NCBI GenBank assembly: GCA_964016885.1
Contig: OZ024742.1
Coordinates: forward strand, 109,120,001 to 109,184,000
Length of the DNA stretch: 64,000 nt
Direction: 5' to 3'
Origin: Eledone cirrhosa
Lineage: Eukaryota
The notes under the pieces are model-generated. The model ran no database searches, was not told where the DNA came from, and worked only from the letters and a program-made list of their open reading frames with translations. The position numbers were made by a program, and so were the translations under genes. Numbering within the stretch: the stretch's first letter is position 1; every line of letters starts with the position of its first letter. Shown here one piece after another: positions 1 to 12,969 of the stretch.

Positions 1-421
1 GTAATATAATGTATTGAAAAAATAAAATTAAATATTGAAGACAGACACAAAACAGCCATCAGCTTATCTGCCACTAACTCATGGAGTCCTGCGTATGTAG
101 TTTATACGTGTGTGTGTGTCAGATTTGTGTGTATGAGTGTGAGTATGTATATGGAGGTATGTATGTGTGTAAAAGCGCACACACATATATGTATAGGTGT
201 ATGTACCTCTCGCTCTCTCTCTATATATATGTATATGCATACACACATATGCGTGTGTGTGTGTGTGTGTGTGCGTGTGTGAAAATCAAAAAAGTAATAG
301 CAAACCCTCGAGTTGTTTGATGGACAATAACTAACGTCCGAAATATGATGTCTTGCTATCGATCTGTTCGGAAAACTGATCGAAGTGCGTTAAAAAACTA
401 ATGGCCTCTCGTCTACCCAGC

Positions 422-460
<39 letters not shown>

Positions 461-900
461 AAGAGATAAGGAAAGAATAACGACATTAACAGCAACAACA
501 ACAATAACTATAACAACAATGACGACCACTATCATAAAACTTTTATAGTCATGATAAATATATTTTATAGTCATGGTAAATATATTTTAGCAAAAAATAA
601 ACAAATAAAATAAATAATAACTAAAGTAATTAAAAATTAATTAAAAGGAAAGAATGTTTTAGAAACAGACAATAACGAATCAGATTGGAAGTTTTATTTA
701 ATATTTTCAAACATTTTGACAAGAGAATGACAATGAAATCATCTCGTCAAGCGATAGAGAGCTTTCACGTGACTGCTCAATATGTTAGCAATAGTAGCTA
801 AATCTACCTCTAGCAACGGACGTACTACCTTAACCAGTAGCTGATTAAGCTTGTCTGGTGCGTCTGGCGGAAATTTTCAAGAGGATCACTGTGTATTATA

Positions 901-1084
901 TTGGCAGTATTAGTAGAGGGTCGGACGCCATGCTTTCCAGCATAGTTACGTCCCTTTACGATCTGAGTTCAAATCCCGCCGAGGTTGACTTTGCCTTTCA
1001 TCCTTACGGGGTAGATAAAATAAAGTACAAGTAATGCACTGGGTAATTGCTGGCCTTGTGCCTAAAGTAGAAACAATTATTTAT
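901..1084 (+). mobile_element. tRNA-derived SINE (Nin/Deu-domain-like body), slightly 5'-truncated
   Basis: Near-identical to the copy at 54100-54295. Has A-box-like tggcagtattagt, B-box gagttcaaatcc, body gttgactttgcctttcatcctt..ggg and an (ATT) tail. The domain assignment is from memory. Confidence 0.8.
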
Positions 1085-1464
1085 GGCAGCAAAAATATTA
1101 AATTTGGGACCATATTGTGGTGGCATTTTGATACCATACTATCCTTGCTTCTACTCTCTATTCTAAAGTGTTTATATCTATCTAAAAACCATTCATCATA
1201 ATTTTATAGAACATTTGTTACGTTCCAAACAGTAGCTTAATAGTGAGCAAGTTATATTACTAAATCTCTCAAAATTCTTGATTATTTTCAAAATTCCATG
1301 AACTTTATAAACAGTGCTTTTCATTAGAAGTAGGATAACGTAGAGGTTAAAAATTGGCGTTGTCCTGATACGTGGCGTGTCTTAGGCATTTTAAAGAGAT
1401 TGCGAGAGAGAGTGAGAGCGAGAGACATGGGATAGAGAGATCTAGAGGAAGAATTGACATCCAA

Positions 1465-1830
1465 TATAGGACTGGTACTTTATTTATCGAGTTTTAACGG
1501 ATGAAAGGTAATGTTGACATCAGCAGGATTCAGCGGAATTCAGAACGCAGTGAGGCGGAAGAAAGACCGAGCCATTTAATCCGACGCTCTAACCACTCTA
1601 ACCAATCTAACCACTCTAACCACTAACCATTCTAACAAAATGATAAAAGAAAATGTTAAAGAGAAATAGCGACAATCATAATTTCTAAAAGAGAAGAATT
1701 AAAGTGACTCAATACTTTATTGGTAATGAATTTATCGACCCCAGAAAAACGAAGAGCAAAGTAGACCATGCAGAATTTGAACTCAATGCAAATGAATATG
1801 AAAACAATACCACCCAGCAAGCGCTTAAAG
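1465..1830 (-). mobile_element. Two decayed copies of the same SINE family (about 1465-1600 and 1700-1830)
   Basis: Reverse-complement motifs ctggtactttatttatcga..gatgaaagg..gttgac and tttatcgaccc..gaagagcaaagtagac..atttgaactc. Confidence 0.55.
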
Positions 1831-2129
1831 GACATTTCTCCTTACTGAAACAGCGGGGCCCAACGACAGGTTTAATCATACTTACCATGGGCTCCTTGTT
1901 TGAGGCAATGTTTTCCAACTGGATGCTCTTCCTAGCTGTTCCTAACCCTTTTAGTCGCCTCTTACAACAATAAGAACAAAACTAATTTTTTAAACGGAAC
2001 ACGACCACCCATTTTGTAGAAAGGTTTGTAGTTGATTCCATCGATTTCCGTGTTTGACTGGTATTTATTTTATTGACTCTAGAATAATGAAATATAAAAG
2101 TAAACTGCTCGAAATGTTAAGGAAGGAAA

Positions 2130-3134
2130 GCACGCGTCCTCGTCAGCAGGGTTCTTCAAAACACAACAGAACCCCCTGTGTTCAGAGAACGTGAGGCCGC
2201 CTGTGAGACGTGGGACCGGCTGGGACTTAGCCCAGTAGACGTCCCTCCTCCTTCTACTCCTGTTGACGTCAAGTCCCCCCAACGCACTTGGGATGCCATC
2301 CAGTGCAGCCTGGCCTCAGACAGGCTGACGTGCCAGCTCGACCAGCACCGCCTTGCTTTTTCGTGCGGCCTCCAAACCCCACAGTGGTGCCTGGCTCCAT
2401 GCTCTGCCCTCCTTCTCCACTGGCACGCAGCTAGACAACCATAGCCTGCGAATCGGCGTTTCCCTGAGACTCGGCCTCCGGATCTGCCAGCCACACCAAT
2501 GACGCTGCGGTTCCACCGTGGACTCTTTCGGCCTCCACTCGCTTTCCTGTCGCCACAATGCCGGCTGCATTCCACACCATACTGCCCTCAACGAGGTCAT
2601 TAAGCATGGCTTGGACGCTGCAGGCTTCCCTTCCCAGCTCGAGCCGGTGGGGCTGGATCGAGGGGACGGCAAAAGGCTAGATGGCATGACCATCTTCCCG
2701 TTCTGCGGTGGGAAACCTCTCGTCTGGGATGCCACTTGCACCGACACTTTCTGCAGCCGCAACCTGGTGCAGTCTGCGACTGACCCAGGTTCTGCTGCAC
2801 GTCGGGCTGAGGGGGCCAAACTCCTCAAATACCGGTCGCTCTCCGACAGGTTTGCGGTCGTTCCCCTGGCAATGGGAACTTCTGGTGTCCTCGGCCCCAG
2901 GGCTACCTCCTTACTCACCACCATAGGCGCTGAGCTGGCCAGCCACAGGTGTGAGCCCCGCGAGGTGGAGTGGCTTTTCCAGCGCGTCTCCCTTGCCGTC
3001 CTCCGGGGAAACGCCTTCTCCATTCTGTCCGCCGGGGCTATGGGTGGGCCCCATCGCGTACCAATACATTAGTTAAATACCATTCTTTCATCTGATACAA
3101 CACAATAAAGACAGTGTGAAACAAAAAAAATAAA
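2130..3134 (+). mobile_element. CRE-clade RLE non-LTR retrotransposon, decayed 3' fragment
   Basis: GC-rich island. Broken frames give [27 protein letters not shown], CxC..H..SC, EP.GL.RGDGKRLDG, VWDAT, K.LKY and LFQRVSLAVLRGNA (ORF 2518-3072). A-rich tail at about 3120-3134. Confidence 0.8.
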
Positions 3135-4123
3135 ATATGATAATATACATCTTGTATTAGTATGTATATATACATCTATCTTCTGAGCGTAACGTTTCTT
3201 TTTTATCCTCCCCCACTCTTTCTCTCGCTAACGACTTAACTACCAAATCCTCTCTTCCTGTTCCACATAGACGTTCTGTTGCTGTGCTGAGACAACGGTC
3301 ATATTTCTTTTGTATCAAGCTTTATATATTTATAGCAAATGTACCGACAAACGATAACATAATATTAGTTTCTAATTTCCTTACGATGCCGTTAGGATTC
3401 TATTGGCCAGTTATCTATCCATCCATGTAGGAAATCTCGCCTCTCATCCACTTCAATTCATTCTCAGTCTAAGCTTTAAACTCCATGTACTTTTTACCCA
3501 TCCCTTAACATATGCATTGTATACCAATAACTATTAACATATATGTGAATCCCCGCCAATTTTGACAGCGTTGGCTCACTAGTGGATTTGATAAAGATCA
3601 GTGGCGTTACTCAAGTCAATAGATTATCGAACTAAGTGCCTTACAGTATTTAATATTAAATCTTTTCTTATGGAAGCTATTATAAAGTTCTTCTCAATCG
3701 AACAATGATGCCTGTAAGCTGTATCTGTTCATGTAAAATATCTGTTTTATCTAAAATGTTGAACCCCTCAATACAAACATCATTACTAATCTTTCAATTA
3801 CAATTAATTGCACCGAAATGACTTAAGTTATTGATTTGTTGAGGCAATTCTGTATTTAAGGAACCGTTAAGTTAAGAACAAATTACGTGAGTCTGATTGT
3901 TGTATAAATTGTTCGAATAAATAATTTCACACATCACTGATGTCATCAAATCTCTTCATGTCACCATGAAGTTTGAATAGGAGTGCACATCATCAATTTT
4001 ATGGAGAGTGGATTTTACCCAATGAAATATTGAACTACTTAACAACTTGATAATCGAATTCAATGTCCGTTCAATTCTTGCATCGCTTTACAGGTCTATA
4101 ATTGATTTGTTTTCCTTTATTCT

Positions 4124-4375
4124 TTAACCTTTTTTATACCAAACCGCCTGAAACTACCCCTGGTTGTATGATACAAAACTGTGTATTTTAAAGTATTTAT
4201 ATTTATTATCTAAAATCATTCCACTATAGTATTATGTGAAAACCTTTATTATGCCCCAAACACCAGCTTAATAATGAGAAAGTTATATTACTAAATCCCT
4301 CCAAATTATTGATTATTTTCAAGGCTATTTGAAAACCATAGAAATTGTCTAATCAATAAAAATATTGTATCGAAA
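4124..4375 (+). mobile_element. Short non-autonomous DNA-transposon-like repeat with TTAA-type ends; related copies at about 1160-1351 (+) and 54845-55060 (-)
   Basis: Shared blocks ttaac..tttgataccaa.c.gc.tgaaa...cccct and cttaata.tgag.aagttatattactaaatc.ctc.aaatt among three loci. Confidence 0.5.
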
Positions 4376-4570
4376 GCGAGACAACCCGAAGTCTTAAAGT
4401 GACCACATATCAGTCAATGGATGGCCGTATCCCGCATTTAACAATTAATGACGCCCAAACTTATTTTGTATAAGGAACCCTTATACTATTTTCTAACGAG
4501 CTCCGAATCCTAAAAAAAAGCTTTTATATAAGGAACATTTACATAAGTCTCTAATCTTTTATGTGTCTAA

Positions 4571-4699
4571 TCTCCTGATGAAGTGCTGCTTCAATAATGT
4601 TTTAGTCTAATGATATTATGCACTATGCACATATAAATTCACATGCATTGCGTATGTTCAACCAAAAGACAAAATGAAATGCAGAAACAATTGTAGAGA
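4571..4699 (+). ncRNA. Candidate type I hammerhead ribozyme with long stem II insert
   Basis: tctc-CTGATGA-(about 100 nt)-GAAAC-aatt-GTA-gaga. Stem I tctc/gaga, palindromic acaattgt in stem III; (TA)n follows at 4742. Confidence 0.5.
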
Positions 4700-4741
4700 A
4701 TCATGCAACTCATTAAAATATAGTTTTCAACATTCATTGTG

Positions 4742-4772
<31 letters not shown>

Positions 4773-4889
4773 TATATATATAAATATATATATATATAGT
4801 AATAATAATAAATTTGAAGACTAAAACCCAAAGAGGGCTTGATAAGGATAAATATATATTAAATATATAAGAACCCTAGAGCAAATATT

Positions 4890-5000
4890 TATTAAAATAA
4901 CAGATTAAAGTTTAAGCAAAGAATCGGTGCTTTCACTCTTAACGGGATCTTCAGAAGATCCCGTTAAGCAGCGATTCTTTGCTTAAACTTTAATCTGTTA

Positions 5001-5008
<8 letters not shown>
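4890..5008. repeat. Fold-back palindrome between (TA)n tracts
   Basis: Perfect 37-bp arms 4890-4926/4972-5008 plus inner 15-bp arms 4938-4952/4954-4968. Confidence 0.9.
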
Positions 5009-5092
<84 letters not shown>

Positions 5093-5112
5093 CACGAGTC
5101 TACATATTAAAA

Positions 5113-5202
5113 CATATCTGAGGAGCTTCCGATTCCAGAGTCAGGTTCGATGATTAATAGATCGTTCATTGAGCTGATCGACAGTGAAACATGTGTAATA
5201 TG
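5113..5202 (+). ncRNA. Candidate type I hammerhead ribozyme
   Basis: catat-CTGAGGA-gct...agt-GAAAC-atgt-GTA-atatg. Stem I catat/atatg; lies between (TA)n/(GA)n and (TA)n tracts. Confidence 0.55.
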
Positions 5203-5386
5203 TAATTAAATATGTATATGATGAAACACTGATTCTTTGTTATATATTAATACTATTGATACCCTGCTCCACAGGAGCATCGAGTGCTCATTCGGCATAC
5301 CACCTATGGACGCATTTAATTTACACCTTAATATATATATATATATATATATAATTAATGTATATATATATATATATATATAATTA

Positions 5387-5448
<62 letters not shown>

Positions 5449-7018
5449 CAAACCGAGCATTATAATAAATGCTCGGTAAATCCATACCTACATATATATA
5501 TGTGTGCATGTATGTATATATATACATATTACTGTACGTCTGTATACATATATGTATGTACGTATATATACATACTTATATTTAAGTAACAGTCGTACTG
5601 AGAGTGAGAAAGGAAATTTCGTTTCATTTTTTCCATATATATATATATCACCACCCCACTCTCAAGAGCGTGAAACTAATAAATCTTTGTTCGTACTGCC
5701 TCTCTGTTTTGTTCCCGTTCAATTTTTTACTATATATATATATATAAACACATACATACATACATACATACATACTAACAGAATCCACTACTATTTGAAG
5801 ATTTTGTGTAAGGTTTTTACGAAATTGATCTTACAACCATTCTGATTAGTCAGTCTATATAATAATCAAAAGCAATGATGTGTGGCGATGAACCATTTTT
5901 TTCTTTTTACACTGTAATGTATTGATTAATTATCGATGACACTGTATATTATGAAAAGAGCTGCCGTATTTAATTAATAAAACACTGAAGAGGTAGGCAA
6001 TAAAGATCACGGAAAAGTTATTCATAAATAGAAATGTAAGAACAATATGTATGTTTGAATGTCAGGAGGTTATCTCTAATACCTCAGATAGGGTTTCACC
6101 ACCATTACTGGCCAGACCATTATAATTTAATAGATTTCTGAATATTATAACTTGCAATTGATCTCTGTTTACGAATTCAAAGGAGAGTTAGTTGTTGGTG
6201 GAAATATATCTCGTAGTAGGCATTAGGTTTTGGAAATACTTGTAGATATTTATTGTTTAAAAATGTTACTGACTTTATTGTTACATAAGTAAGTTTTATT
6301 GAGTCAAACTTTCATATTCAGTTGTATATATTTACAAACAGGAAAAGAGGGGAAAGAGGTGGATAGATAAATAAAAAGAACAGGAGAGTTATATCTCAAC
6401 TGTGTCTGGGGAACACGATAACGAAAGCGTGTTTGCGGAGAAGAGCCAGCAACCGTTTCAACAGCCATTCCATCTCAAAGAGCTCCTAACACAGGTGAGG
6501 TGCCTACCTCTCAATTTTACTGAGGAAAACGGCAGTCCGAGGACCGATACACAAAATAGTTTTAAAACAGTTCCTCAAAGCTCGGGATTTGTTGTTTATA
6601 TTTTAATTGTTATATGCTTTGATATTGAGAAGAAAAAACATGGATTATAGTAGAGAAAATAGATTTTGGCTGAAAGCAAGAGGATTGAAATTCCCAATAT
6701 AAAATAGTATTATAAGTTATGTGGATAAAGTTATATAGATTGATTGATTGATTTTTATAAGTTAATAACAATGTACGGCAACACTCATCTTTTTCCATTT
6801 CTCCGAGGGTTATAAACCCCACTATCAGGCTAGAAATTTCTTTAGTCTAAAATACGGTGAAAGCTTATAATTTCTAATTTCTAATTTTCAAACTCGCGCA
6901 CCGTTTCAAAAACATACTTACATGTTTACATTTATAATTTGCTTGTTTAAGTGAACAACTATTTTAAGAGTTAGACCACCTCATGGTCCCAGCTGTCATA
7001 ATGTATATAGATATAGTT

Positions 7019-7275
7019 TGGCGGAATGGCTAAGACATTCACTTTGCAATCACGAGGTCCTGAATTCATGGTATTATAGGCATTTGCCTTTACCACAGCT
7101 TGAGGTCGACCCAAGCTCTTGTAGAAACAGGGTAGATAGAAATTGTTTGAAGCCCGTGTGGATAGACCGTACCTGTAACTCAAAGGGCTAACCTTGTCAC
7201 AATGTGTCACGCTGAAGCTTCCTGAGAATTACTTTAAGGGGATAAGTGTTTGGAATGCTTACCACATGCCATGAC
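7019..7275 (+). mobile_element. Second SINE family (CORE-SINE-like), decayed; related copies at 39233-39470 (+) and about 46700-46820 (-)
   Basis: tRNA-like head tggcggaatggctaag; shared body tcaaagg...ttgtca..tgtcacgctgaa..cctgagaa.tac. Confidence 0.55.
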
Positions 7276-7714
7276 CGTATTATTCATAAAACCGACTAGT
7301 CTGAAGCCTAGATGCCCTGCAGGGATTAGGAGTTAGTTTTTTAAAAACTATTTTGCTGTAGTGAAGTGAAAGATTGAAGTGCCAAAAAGGACCTGGAATA
7401 CATGAAAGCCTAGGAACCTCTTCATTATTTAATACAGCCAGTGTTGATCGAACAACTCGAATCTTCAATCTGCACTTCGCTCTTCTAGAGGTAACTGCAA
7501 GGATAACAGAGACCTCTGTCGGTTCTCCTATGGTGACATGCTCGTTGGTATTTGTTTGTAGTGGTGACATAAAGAAGAATGCAAAGAGCCCAGTGTAAAG
7601 GAATATAAATATTTGGGGCCTTAACACCCGATTGTGTCGTAGGGGCGCCATAGGCATTTAAACTTGGCGGGTACCACACCTCTCCCGGCCTGAACATAGA
7701 CGCCATCTTCCAAG

Positions 7715-7878
7715 GAGAGAGGAAGGAGGGGAAGAATGTAGCCCAGTACTGCACTGGTACTTTATCTTATTGATGTCGAAAGGATAAAAGGCAAAGTTGA
7801 CCCAGACAGGATTTGAACTCACAGAGCAGAGAATCAGAATGAATGCTGTGAAGCATTCTATCCGACGTTCCAGCGACG
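7715..7878 (-). mobile_element. Decayed SINE of the same family as 901-1084
   Basis: ctggtactttat..gaaaggataaaaggcaaagttgac..ggatttgaactc is the reverse complement of the body and B box. Confidence 0.65.
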
Positions 7879-7967
7879 AGGTATGTATGTATGTATGTAT
7901 GTATGTATGTATGTATGTATGTATGTATGTATGTATGTATGTATGTATGTATGTATGTATGTATGTA

Positions 7968-8240
7968 TGGTCACCAGTTGGTGCTACTGGTAACATGTAT
8001 CCCAGTACAATCTGTCCCATGGTCGGGTCGTTGGCGACTAAACTGGCAACCCCACCAAGGTTTCTTGGTGAGGAGGGTGACTTTGGACATCCTGCAGGAC
8101 TAAAAACAAAACCTGTCAAAGGGCAAAGGAGCTCTTAAGAGTCAATAGCCATCCAAAATCACCGGGAGAGATGACCACTTAGCCTTTGTCAAGGCAGAAC
8201 TCTAGGAGAAGGAAAACTCTGATATAACACCTGCAACCCT
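7968..8240 (+). mobile_element. RTE-like LINE 5' UTR fragment
   Basis: ggcgactaaactggcaacc and ctaggagaaggaaaactctga resemble RTE 5' regions (recognised from memory); follows a (GTAT)n tract. Confidence 0.45.
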
Positions 8241-8649
8241 GATGGTATCCAATGATGTTGACTTGTTCTTCTTTTTGGTAAATATCATCTTGGTTAAGAG
8301 AGTGGGACTGGCTTTGTGCAGTGCCTTTGCTCACTATAAAAGCTTCACGGCACAGGCATTGCTTTATATCTGGAGATCTCCCTGCACTTGTCACATGGTA
8401 CCATGGGCCCAGCACTATGTGTCAATAATTGTCACAAGTGTAGTGTTTGTACCAGAGTTTTCAAGTCACTGGATGGACTAAAAAGTCACACTCGTTCAGC
8501 GCATCGGTAGGGTTTCTCCTACATGGATATAAAGTAGTGGCCGTACTCGAAAACGAGTTGGCAGCCACCATGTATTTATGTATGTGTATGTATTTATGTA
8601 TGTACGTATGTATGTACATACATACATACATATATAAATCCATCCATCC

Positions 8650-9353
8650 ATACATGCACACACTGATATACACACATATGTATGTACCTATATATGTATA
8701 TATATCTGTGTGTATCATAGACACACTGATATACACACATATGTATGTACCTATATATGTATATATATATATGTATATATATATATGTATATATGTATAT
8801 ATATGCACACACTGATATACACACATATGTATGTACCTATATATGTATATATCTACGTGTGTGTCATACACACACTGATATATACACACATATGTATGTA
8901 CCTATATATATGTATATATCTTTGTGTGTCATACACACACTGATATACACACATATGTATGTACCTATATATGTATATATCTTTGTGTGTCATACACACA
9001 CTGATATACACACATATGTATGTACCTATATATGTATATATATACGTGTCATACACACACTGATATACACACACATGTATGTACCTATATATGTATATAT
9101 CTGTGTGTGTATCTGTGTGTGTGTGTGTATGTATGTGTGTGTGTATGTATGTGTGTGTGTGTGTGTATGTGTGTATGTGTGTGTGTGTGTGTATGTGTGT
9201 GTGTGTGTGTATGTATGTGTGTGTGTGTGTGTGTGTATGTGTGTATGTATGTGTGTATGTGTGTGTGTGTGTGTGTATGTGTGTGTGTGTGTGTGTATGT
9301 ATGTGTGTGTGTGTATGTGTGTGTGTGTGTATGTATGTGTGTGTGTGTATGTA

Positions 9354-9386
<33 letters not shown>

Positions 9387-9402
9387 GTGTGTGTATGTAT
9401 GT

Positions 9403-9434
<32 letters not shown>

Positions 9435-9457
9435 GTGTATGTGTGTGTATGTATGTA

Positions 9458-9492
<35 letters not shown>
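8650..9492. repeat. About 60-bp minisatellite grading into a (GT/GTAT)n microsatellite
   Basis: Repeated cacactgatatacacacatatgtatgtacctatatatgtatatat units. Confidence 0.9.
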
Positions 9493-9494
<2 letters not shown>

Positions 9495-9661
9495 ACTGAA
9501 TGTGCTTGCAACTGGAACAAAGTGTAAATGCGCACACAATTTCTAAGAAATAATATTTTCCGTTTTTTCCCCATTAATGTTGGTTAGAACGCAATTTGTA
9601 ATTTATGAAAAAAAAGAAAGTGAACTGCTGAAAATCTATTAGAGACCGTCTAAGCTTACAT

Positions 9662-12600
9662 TTGTTGTTGTGGTTATGGTTGTTGTTGTTGTGGTGGTTA
9701 TGGTTGTTGTTGTTGTGATGGTTATGGTTGTTGTTATTGTGACTATGGTTGCTGTTGTTGTTGTTGTGGTTATGGTTGTTGTTATTGTGACTATGGTTGC
9801 TGTTGTTGTTGTGGTTATTGTTGTTGTTAATGTGACTATGGTTGCTGTTGTTGTTGTGACTATGGTTGCTGTTGTTGTTGTGGTTATGGTTGTTGTTATT
9901 GTGACTATGGTTGCTGTTGTTGTTGTGACTATGGTTGCTGTTGTTGTTGTGGTTGTGGTTGTTGTTATTGTGACTATGGTTGCTGTTGTTGTTGTTGTGG
10001 TTATGGTTGTTGTTATTGTGACTATGGTTGCTGTTGTTGTTGTGGTTATTGTTGTTGTTAATGTGACTATGGTTGCTGTTGTTGTTGTGACTATGGTTGC
10101 TGTTGTTGTTGTGGTTATGGTTGTTGTTATTGTGACTATGGTTGCTGTTGTTGTTGTGACTATGGTTGCTGTTGTTGTTGTGGTTGTGGTTGTTGTTATT
10201 GTGACTATGGTTGCTGTTGTTGTTGTTGTGGTTATGGTTGTTGTTATTGTGACTATGGTTGCTGTTGTTGTTGTTGTGGTTATGGTTGTTGTTATTGTGA
10301 CTATGGTTGCTGTTGTTGTTGTTGTGGTTATGGTTGTTGTTATTGTGACTATGGTTGCTGTTGTTGTTGTGGTTATTGTTGTTGTTAATGTGACTATGGT
10401 TGCTGTTGTTGTTGTGACTATGGTTGCTGTTGTTGTTGTGACTATGGTTGCTGTTGTTGTTGTGACTATGGTTGCTGTTGTTGTTGTGGTTATGGTTGTT
10501 GTTATTGTGACTATGGTTGCTGTTGTTGTTGTGACTATGGTTGCTGTTGTTGTTGTGGTTATGGTTGTTGTTATTGTGACTATGGTTGCTGTTGTTGTTG
10601 TTGTGGTTATGGTTGTTGTTATTGTGACTATGGTTGCTGTTGTTGTTGTGACTATGGTTGCTGTTGTTGTTGTGGTTATGGTTGTTGTTATTGTGACTAT
10701 GGTTGCTGTTGTTGTTGTGACTATGGTTGCTGTTGTTGTTGTGACTATTGTTGCTGTTGTTGTTGTGGTTATGGTTGTTGTTATTGTGACTATGGTTGCT
10801 GTTGTTGTTGTGACTATGGTTGCTGTTGTTGTTGTGGTTATGGTTGTTGTTATTGTGACTATGGTTGCTGTTGTTGTTGTTGTGGTTATGGTTGTTGTTA
10901 TTGTGACTATGGTTGCTGTTGTTGTTGTGACTATGGTTGCTGTTGTTGTTGTGACTATGGTTGCTGTTGTTGTTGTGGTTATGGTTGTTGTTATTGTGAC
11001 TATGGTTGCTGTTGTTGTTGTGACTATGGTTGCTGTTGTTGTTGTGGTTATGGTTGTTGTTATTGTGACTATTGTTGCTGTTGTTGTTGTTGTGGTTATG
11101 GTTGTTGTTATTGTGACTATGGTTGCTGTTGTTGTTGTTGTGGTTATGGTTGTTGTTATTGTGACTATGGTTGCTGTTGTTGTTGTGGTTATGGTTGTTG
11201 TTATTGTGACTATGGTTGCTGTTGTTGTTGTGACTATGGTTGCTGTTGTTGTTGTGGTTATGGTTGTTGTTATTGTGACTATGGTTGCTGTTGTTGTTGT
11301 TGTGGTTATGGTTGTTGTTATTGTGACTATGGTTGCTGTTGTTGTTGTGGTTATTGTTGTTGTTAATGTGACTATGGTTGCTGTTGTTGTTGTGGTTATG
11401 GTTGTTGTTATTGTGACTATGGTTGCTGTTATTGTTGTGGTTATGGTTGTTGTTAATGTGACTATGGTTGCTGTTGTTGTTGTGGTGGTTATGGTTGTTG
11501 TTGTTTTTGTTGTGACTATGGTTGCTGTTGTTGTTGTGGTTATGGTTGTTGTTGTTGTGACTATGGTTGCTGTTGTTGTTGTGGTTATGGTTGTTGTTAT
11601 TGTGACTATGGTTGCTGTTGTTGTTGTGGTTATGGTTGTTGTTATTGTGACTATGGTTGCTGTTGTTGTTGTGGTTATGGTTGTTGTTATTGTGACTATG
11701 GTTGCTGTTGTTGTTGTGGTTATGGTTGTTGTTATTGTGACTATGGTTGCTGTTGTTGTTGTGACTATGGTTGTTGTTATTGTGACTATGGTTGCTGTTG
11801 TTGTTGTGGTTATGGTTGTTGTTATTGTGACTATGGTTGCTGTTGTTGTTGTGGTTATGGTTGTTGTTATTGTGACTATGGTTGCTGTTGTTGTTGTGGT
11901 TATTGTTGTTGTTAATGTGACTATGGTTGCTGTTGTTGTTGTGGTGGTTATGGTTGTTGTTATTTTTGTTGTGACTATGGTTGCTGTTGTTGTTGTGGTT
12001 ATGGTTGTTGTTGTTGTGACTATGGTTGCTGTTGTTGTTGTGGTTATGGTTGTTGTTATTGTGACTATGGTTGTTGTTATTGTGACTATGGTTGCTGTTG
12101 TTGTTGTGGTTATGGTTGTTGTTATTGTGACTATGGTTGCTGTTGTTGTTGTGGTTATGGTTGTTGTTATTGTGACTATGGTTGCTGTTGTTGTTGTGGT
12201 TATGGTTGTTGTTATTGTGACTATGGTTGCTGTTGTTGTTGTTGTGGTTATGGTTGTTGTTATTGTGACTATGGTTGCTGTTGTTGTTGTGACTATGGTT
12301 GCTGTTGTTGTTGTGGTTATGGTTGTTGTTATTGTGACTATGGTTGCTGTTGTTGTTGTTGTGGTTATGGTTGTTGTTATTGTGACTATGGTTGCTGTTG
12401 TTGTTGTGGTTATGGTTGTTGTTATTGTGACTATGGTTGCTGTTGTTGTTGTTGTGGTTATGGTTGTTGTTATTGTGACTATGGTTGCTGTTGTTGTTGT
12501 TGTGGTTATGGTTGTTGTTATTGTGACTATGGTTGCTGTTGTTGTGGTGGTGGCGGCGGCGGTGGTGGTTGTGATTGTTGTTGTTCCTATTGGTGTTGTT

Positions 12601-12898
12601 GCGGTTGCTGTTGTTGTGGTGGTGGCGGCGGCGGTGGTGGTTGTGATTGTTGTTGTTCCTATTGGTGTTGTTGCAGTTGCTGTTGTTGTGATGGTGGCGG
12701 CGGCGGTGGTGGTTGTGATTGTTGTTGTTCCTATTGGTGTTGTTGCTGTTGCTGTTGTTGTGGTGGTGGCGGAGGCGGTGGTGGTTGTGACTGTTGTTGT
12801 TCCTATTGGTGTTGTTGCTGTTGCTGTTGTTGTGGTGGTGGCGGCGGCGGTGGTGGTTGTGACTGTTGTTGTTCCTATTGTTGTTGTTGTAATGGTTG
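9662..12898. repeat. 3.2-kb (GTT)-derived compound tandem repeat (21/24/45-bp units, about 69-bp units at the right end)
   Basis: Units gtgactatggttgctgttgttgtt and gtggttatggttgttgttatt. The 1082- and 1120-aa ORFs are by-products of the repeat. Confidence 0.95.
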
Positions 12899-12969
12899 TA
12901 CGCGATTTTTATTATTAAAATTCTATTTTTTTTCATTTTCTTATTCTTTTATTTCTATCCTATACTTCC

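Noticed and set aside
3420-3700. Minus-strand SIDLSNATD resembling narna/mitovirus RdRp motif A
   Set aside because: Flanked by stops, with no motif B or GDD downstream; likely chance.
5983-6560. ctgaaga (about 5984) and ctgagga (about 6520) hammerhead-like starts
   Set aside because: No convincing GAAA-stem III-stem I closure.
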